Origin: Octopus vulgaris
Taxonomy: Eukaryota
Assembly: GCA_951406725.2 (NCBI GenBank)
Contig: OX597823.1
Span: forward strand, 92,256,001 to 92,320,000
Direction: 5' to 3'
Length of the DNA: 64,000 bases
This document shows positions 57,841 through 64,000 of the stretch, one piece after another. The notes beneath the pieces are model-generated. The model made no database searches and was not told the DNA's origin. It saw only the letters and a list, made by a program, of their open reading frames with translations. The translations under genes were made by a program, and so were the position numbers. How positions within the stretch are numbered: the first letter of the stretch is position 1; the number at the start of each line of letters is the position of its first letter.

Positions 57841-58285
57841 TGGGTGAAGGAAAAGTTCTTTCTAAGACAGGAGAGTGTAAGAGAAAGAGATATGTGGGTG
57901 TGCGCGCGTCTGTGTGTGTGTGTGTGTGTGCGTGTGTATGTGTGAGTGGTATTTGTGTGGTTTGGCTGTTTATATGTGTCTGTGTGTTGAATAAGAATTC
58001 ACTGCTCATATATGAATTGTTATCGTTAATATCAGTATTATTACCCTCATAATAAACAACCGTTATACTTCTTAGGGTCATTATTAATCTCCCTTTATCC
58101 TGAACATTATCGTCATAGCAGGGACTTCACACTGATTTTGATGCTTGAGAACGATAAGGGACTCTCCCTAAAATAACTGTAACTGGTTGTTGAAACTACA
58201 TATTCCTAGATTATTAACATTTGACGGATTTTTGTCCTCATCTTGTTTGTTGTTAACACAGCGTTTCGGCTGATTTACCCTCCGT

Positions 58286-58357
58286 GAGCATATGGCATAG
58301 TAAAGAGCGCGGGCTACTAACTACAAGATTCCAAGTTCGATTCCAGGCAGTGACCTG
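58286..58357 (+). mobile_element. Short tRNA-like retroposon followed by (AAT)n
   Basis: TGGCATAGT (partial A box) and AGTTCGATTCC (B box); about 70 bp. Confidence 0.55.
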
Positions 58358-58364
58358 AATAATA

Positions 58365-58422
<58 letters not shown>

Positions 58423-58448
58423 TGATAATAATAATAATAATAATTATC

Positions 58449-58683
58449 ATGCATTAGGCATGATAAAAAAATATTCAGACAAATACATAACAAAAACACC
58501 AGGACTTACAAACACATATAACATACAGAAAATTGCACTACTAGGCACTGCACACATCCTACGCAGAACACTTTCCATACAATAACCATCAGAGCATCAC
58601 AACAAATCACAGCACATACCCAAGGCACACAGAGCTGCGCTCGGTAGTGAAGTGAAAGCACGCTATAAAATATAAAACTACTG
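58449..58683 (+). mobile_element. 3' end of the Dong-like LINE, same family as 9418..11702
   Basis: Almost identical to 11472-11702; (AAT)n on both sides. Confidence 0.95.
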
Positions 58684-58684
58684 G

Positions 58685-58754
<70 letters not shown>

Positions 58755-58769
58755 CAACAACAACAACAC

Positions 58770-58940
58770 CATCCAAAAATATTTTAGGAATGAGACCCCA
58801 GGTTTGAAATTTCCCCAAGCCACCTGATGAAGGCTGGAGGGTATACCAGCTGAAACGTTGTGTTAAAAACAAACAAGATGAGGACAAATATCCGTCAAAT
58901 GTAAATAAGGTAAATAATTCCTCATCTCTTAAATATAGCA
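58770..58940 (+). mobile_element. Penelope pseudo-LTR-like segment; inverted partial copy at 58218-58284
   Basis: GGAGGGTATACCAGCTGAAACGTTGTGTTAAAAACAAACAAGATGAGGACAAATATCCGTCAAATGT is the reverse complement of 58218-58284. Confidence 0.7.
58821..58862 (+). ncRNA. Minimal type I hammerhead ribozyme
   Basis: CAC-CTGATGA-A-GGCTGG..CCAGCT-GAAACGTT-GTG; stem I CAC/GTG, palindromic stem III ACGT. Confidence 0.72.
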
Positions 58941-58959
58941 CTGTACATATTTCTATTCC

Positions 58960-58995
<36 letters not shown>

Positions 58996-59240
58996 GTTCT
59001 TTCTTACTTGCTCCTTCCTTATTTCCTTTTATTCATTTTTACATTCTTTTTTCATTCTTTTCGTCTTCCTTTCTCCTTTTCCTTCTTTCCTATTCCTTCG
59101 TTTCTTTCATACCTGCTTTTTTTTATCCTTTTTGGTTTTAAAACCAATTTATTCTTCGTTTTGCGTTATGGCAATCGCCCCAATCCCATTTGTTTGCCAT
59201 ATTTGTTTTATCTCCAAAATTTTCGGTGCTCTTGGCCAAT

Positions 59241-59326
<86 letters not shown>

Positions 59327-59911
59327 ACACCACCACCACCACCACCATCATCCCCATCATCATCGTCATCATCATCATCCTTTTTATTTTATTTTCCGGA
59401 GTAGCAACTGTTTACGCACTTCCGAGGCGTGCCAGCGGTCTGAGAAACGGAATCAAAGCGGTGGCGAGAAGTCTGAGAGTCCGAAACGACCAACGAACGG
59501 ACCCGCTGGTGTCGGCAATGCGTATGATCACGAAGGAACCAACGGGGGAGTGTGTGACCGAGCACAGCGGTTAGGAGAGACGTGGCAGAGTTTGACAACG
59601 ACAGCAACGGTGACGCTCTCACGTGTGGACGGACGTGTTGGCGACGGCACATTGAGGACTCGCCGTCGTTGTAGGATCAAGAGGCACGTACTCGCATCAG
59701 CGATCGCAAAGCCGACCAGAGCGACGAGAGTTACCCTCCTATACAATAACCTAGTGCAATCAGCAAGGCCCCCTCCCCTTCTTCTTCTTCCTCCTCCTCG
59801 TCTTTGTCCTCCTCCACTTCCTCTTCGTCCTCGTCTTCGTCCTCGTCCTCCTCCTCCTCGTTGTCCCCTTCCTCGCTCTCCTCGCCGCCGTCGTCGTCGT
59901 CCTCCTCCTCT

Positions 59912-59956
<45 letters not shown>

Positions 59957-59974
59957 CACTACTACTACTACTAC

Positions 59975-60029
<55 letters not shown>

Positions 60030-60030
<1 letters not shown>

Positions 60031-60420
60031 GGGCGGCGAAGTGGCAGAACTGTTAGCACGCCAGCTAAAATGCTTAGCTGCATTTCGTCCGTCTTCACGT
60101 TTTGAGATCAAATTGGACTTTGCCCTCCATCATTTCGGTGTCGATAAATTAAGTACCAGTAAAACGCTATGGTTGATGTAATCGACTAGCCCCGATCCCA
60201 CCAAATGTCAGGCCTCGTACCTATATTAGAAAAGATTATTATCACTAATTACTATTTAAGGCCGGGAACTGGCAGAACCGTTAACACGCCAGGCAAAATG
60301 TTTTTTGACGCTTCGTTCGATTTTACATTCTGAGTTCAAGTCACGCTTAAGTCGATCTGGCCGTTCGTTCTTAAGAGGTCCCCCCGAATTTCTTAAATGT
60401 GAGCCAAAATTTGAAGCCAT
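60030..60420 (+). mobile_element. Two tandem diverged family C-related SINEs
   Basis: GGCGGCGAAGTGGCAGAACTGTTAGCACG at 60032 and GGCCGGGAACTGGCAGAACCGTTAACACG at 60260. Confidence 0.7.
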
Positions 60421-60519
60421 TATCGTTATCTTTATCATCACTTCGTCAATCGGCATCATTCGTACAGATCTTATAATGTGGTTGTATGTGCCTTATATAT
60501 TTGCAGTGTTTTGTATATT

Positions 60520-61000
60520 AGGAAGACGTTACGTACAAGGTGGCCAACCTCTGTCAGAACTGGGAGGAGACGAAGCTTTCCTTTAAGGGTCGAATAGAGG
60601 TGGCAAATGCCTACATGTCCTTTGTAATATCTTACTGTGGTCGTTGTCTATGTTCCTGTTCACTTTTGGATGTACCGGAGCGTCAACTTTTCCACTCTGT
60701 ATGGAAAGGAGGAGCTCCACTTACTGGCGGTCATCAGCGCCTTCTGGAAGTTATGCTTGAGATGTCGTGGCTTCAGATGCTGGTCGTCCAGGAAAATCTG
60801 CTAGACGCTGAACCACCAACTGATTTTCCTAGTTGGCACTTTCAATGATTGAATGAGACGTCATTCTGCAATTCATCTCTCTTAGGAAACACTATTGGGC
60901 ACCTTTCACCTGAAATGTTGCAATGTGCTCACTACTTTTTATTAATCGAGCGATGCGGTCTGTGGAAATTCAATGTTAACAATATATAGAGATCGAGTGA
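60520..61000 (+). mobile_element. Decayed Tx1/L1 ORF2 post-RT fragment
   Basis: WEETKLSFKGRIEVANAYMSFVISY...LFHSVWKG matches W..R.LS..GR..V.N.....F.W.G. Confidence 0.6.
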
Positions 61001-62126
61001 CAGGTAAGGTCAGTCACATTCTCGAAGAAACTCTCGACGTCGACGAGGACGAAATAGCTATTGTTATTCGAGGACGAAATAGTTAATGTTATGCATGTCT
61101 GTGGAGTACTCCTCCATTCCTGAGTTAATTTTATCCTCGTGTGACAATGAAAAGTGAAATTGACATCCAATATTTGCTGTGTATATGTATCTATGTGTGT
61201 ACTTTTCCTTCAATTTATGTATTTGCTGTCTCTCTCCCTTTCTCTCTCATTTCCGTTGTGTCCCTCTTCTCCTCCGCTTCTAATTTAACAATGTGTATAT
61301 GTATCTAGTTTTCTTGCGATGTGACAAACATTTATAAACACAAAGCCAACGCCGTCACCATTCACTGTCTCTTTCACTCCCTCTCTTTCTCTCTCACACT
61401 CTCATTTTCCCTATCACTCTCCCTTTCTCCCTCTCTCTCTCACACACTATCTCTCTCTTGCTTCCTCTATATCCTCCTCCCTCTCACTTTGCCACTTCTT
61501 TGAAGTAAGTGTGACGAACACAACTGTTACGTACAAAAACAAAAAATTAGCGTATTAATACTATTGATAATATCAACAGCCCCATTCTATTTTAAACTGC
61601 TGGGCTGGATGGTAATAAAAAGAATAACATGAGAAGGTTAACAGGTATTGATGTGGTAAAGAATACCACGAATAATGGCGATAGATCATCGTGATGTTTG
61701 TGGAAGATTTCTTCTTTAGTCTTCATCGAGTTAATCTATGATCAAGGACATTCCTGTCATAACACCCACTATTTTATTTAACATTACATTGTCTAACTGT
61801 CTTTTTCTTAAAATGTCAGTGTTGCGAAGAGGAAGGTGTTGGTATTTTTATCATGCCTGACTACCGTGAAGAGAGGTTCCCAGTGGCTCAAAAAATGTTT
61901 TGTTTTTGTTGTTTATTAATGATGATCGGCTGATATTTAAGGAAACATAGGATTGTGGTGTTTATGGAGGTCGCGCCGGAAATGGTGTTTGTGGTAGAAA
62001 TATTGGACCTTTCAGCGACTACGATGCTGCAGCTGCTGCTATTATTGGTGATAGAAAAGATAACAGCGATGAGTAGTTTCAGAATGAATGAGCGTTAGAG
62101 AAAACATTAATATATAAGGAACATTT

Positions 62127-62464
<338 letters not shown>

Positions 62465-62654
62465 TGGAAAATCATTTCGTAATTTACTTGATTCATTTTC
62501 ACCATATGTCTTAATTAGTGCCTTTATGTCGGTGGTAATTAATTTAAGTAGTTGGTGGATTTAGCTGAGAGGGTTGGTGTCTCCTATTAGAAGTTTTGTA
62601 GAAATAATTCACTGTTAATATTACTTTTCACAAAAGCAACCATCTGGAAGAATC

Positions 62655-62835
62655 TTTACTATGCTTAGCGGCATTTCGTTCGTTTTTAAGTTCGGAGTTC
62701 AAACTCCGCCGAGGTCTCTCTTACTTTTCATCATTTCTAGGTCGATAAAATTATACTAGCTGAATACTGGGGTCGATATAGTCAACTGATACGCTTCCCC
62801 GAATTTCCTGGCTTTGAACCAAAACTGGGAATCAA
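62655..62835 (+). mobile_element. Diverged SINE family C copy
   Basis: ATGCTTAGCGGCATTTCG...GAGTTCAAACTCCGCCGAGGTC...CTGGGGTCGAT. Confidence 0.7.
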
Positions 62836-64000
62836 TATTTCTCTTCACTCTCAACAGTTTTTAATACCCATATTTACTACCAAAGCAAACTTCAAACTGG
62901 AGTAAAGTAACATTCATTTATTTATATATAGTGGTACCTGAGAGCAAGAACATTGCCATTCAGGCCTGCATTAATCTAACAGTAATATATTTCTTCAGCC
63001 ACTCTTAGTAATGTGATTCGCTATGGACACGATATTAGATAAATAACGATATTCGGTTTAATGTTATTATTACAGCGATACTTTACTAAAAGTAACTGCT
63101 TACCATACATTGCAGTGACAAATCAAATACTTGCACATATTTCTAGTTTTATTAGCTTAGCTACAACTAACAGCACATATTTTAACCCTTTTTATTCGCG
63201 CTTTCATGATAATTGATCGTAAATAAACACCTAACATGAGAAAGCTGCAATGAAGGACACTGAATCACAACTCATGGATTATAGTAGACATTCGTTATGG
63301 CAAACATATGTATTTTATACATTGTAGACAATGATATTTTCCATAAGATTTCTACTAATGCTTCTGCCAGTGTCTCTGTATGCTAGTGTTTAAATATTTT
63401 CATATACATGATATGGAGAGAGAAGGAGTGAAGGCTGTAGGAGCTGTCTTATTGCACTCAGTCACTATGAAGCGAACATAATGCTAGAGAAGATCGATAA
63501 ATGAAGGAAACATTGAATTATTGACAGGATTTGACATATTTCATTATGGATCCTGTGCAGTTATGTCAACTCTCTGCATCCATATTACATCCGGTTAACT
63601 TGCTGTAATTGGCACCGTGTTATGTCATGAAGGAGGATGTTGGAGAAAGTGAAAGTAAAAGGAAGAAAGAGAGAGAGAGATGAGAGAATGAGAGAGAGGT
63701 CATAGAGAGAGAGAGAGAGGACATAGAGAGAGAGAGAGAGTTAAAAGTGAAGACCGGTCAAGAACCACATTACAGGACATATATAAAACTACGTATGTAT
63801 ATGTGAAATGTGTGTATACATTTGTTGGTATATCTTGGCATGTGTGTATATGTGTTTCTATGTAGCTGCGCGTTTATGCGTAGGTAATATCAGTGTGCGA
63901 TTATGTATGTCAGTAAATCTACCCGAAATGTTGGAACATTAAGGCTATTAACGAAACATGGTGTGACGTATAACACAAGCCGTTGTCTGTGTATGTCATA

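Noticed and set aside
58286-58357. Functional tRNA gene
   Set aside because: Incomplete D arm, no acceptor-stem pairing or poly-T terminator; followed by an (AAT)n tail.

Overview
Repeat-dense, AT-rich animal genomic DNA. It is most likely a coleoid cephalopod (Octopus-like), inferred from the tRNA-derived SINE families and the very high density of (TA)n/(AAT)n/(ATCT)n microsatellites. No host protein-coding exon can be supported, so the window is intergenic or intronic. It contains a degraded L1/Tx1-type LINE (1-4.7 kb), many R4/Dong-like RLE LINE copies sitting in (AAT)n arrays, and HERO-like, CR1-like and RTE/Proto2-like fragments. It also contains a DD37D (maT)-type Tc1/mariner relic, a palindromic mariner MITE, two non-autonomous Helitrons and four modular tRNA-SINE families. 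The most striking signal is a set of non-coding elements carrying minimal hammerhead ribozymes (HHR) of the Penelope pseudo-LTR style. Two are near-perfect DNA palindromes with outward-reading HHRs (about 720 bp at 39.5-40.2 kb and about 130 bp at 49.1-49.3 kb), and in each only one arm keeps an intact ribozyme. A type II HHR-like motif lies in the 3' UTR of the HERO-like fragment. All calls were made by eye, with no alignment, folding or database search.
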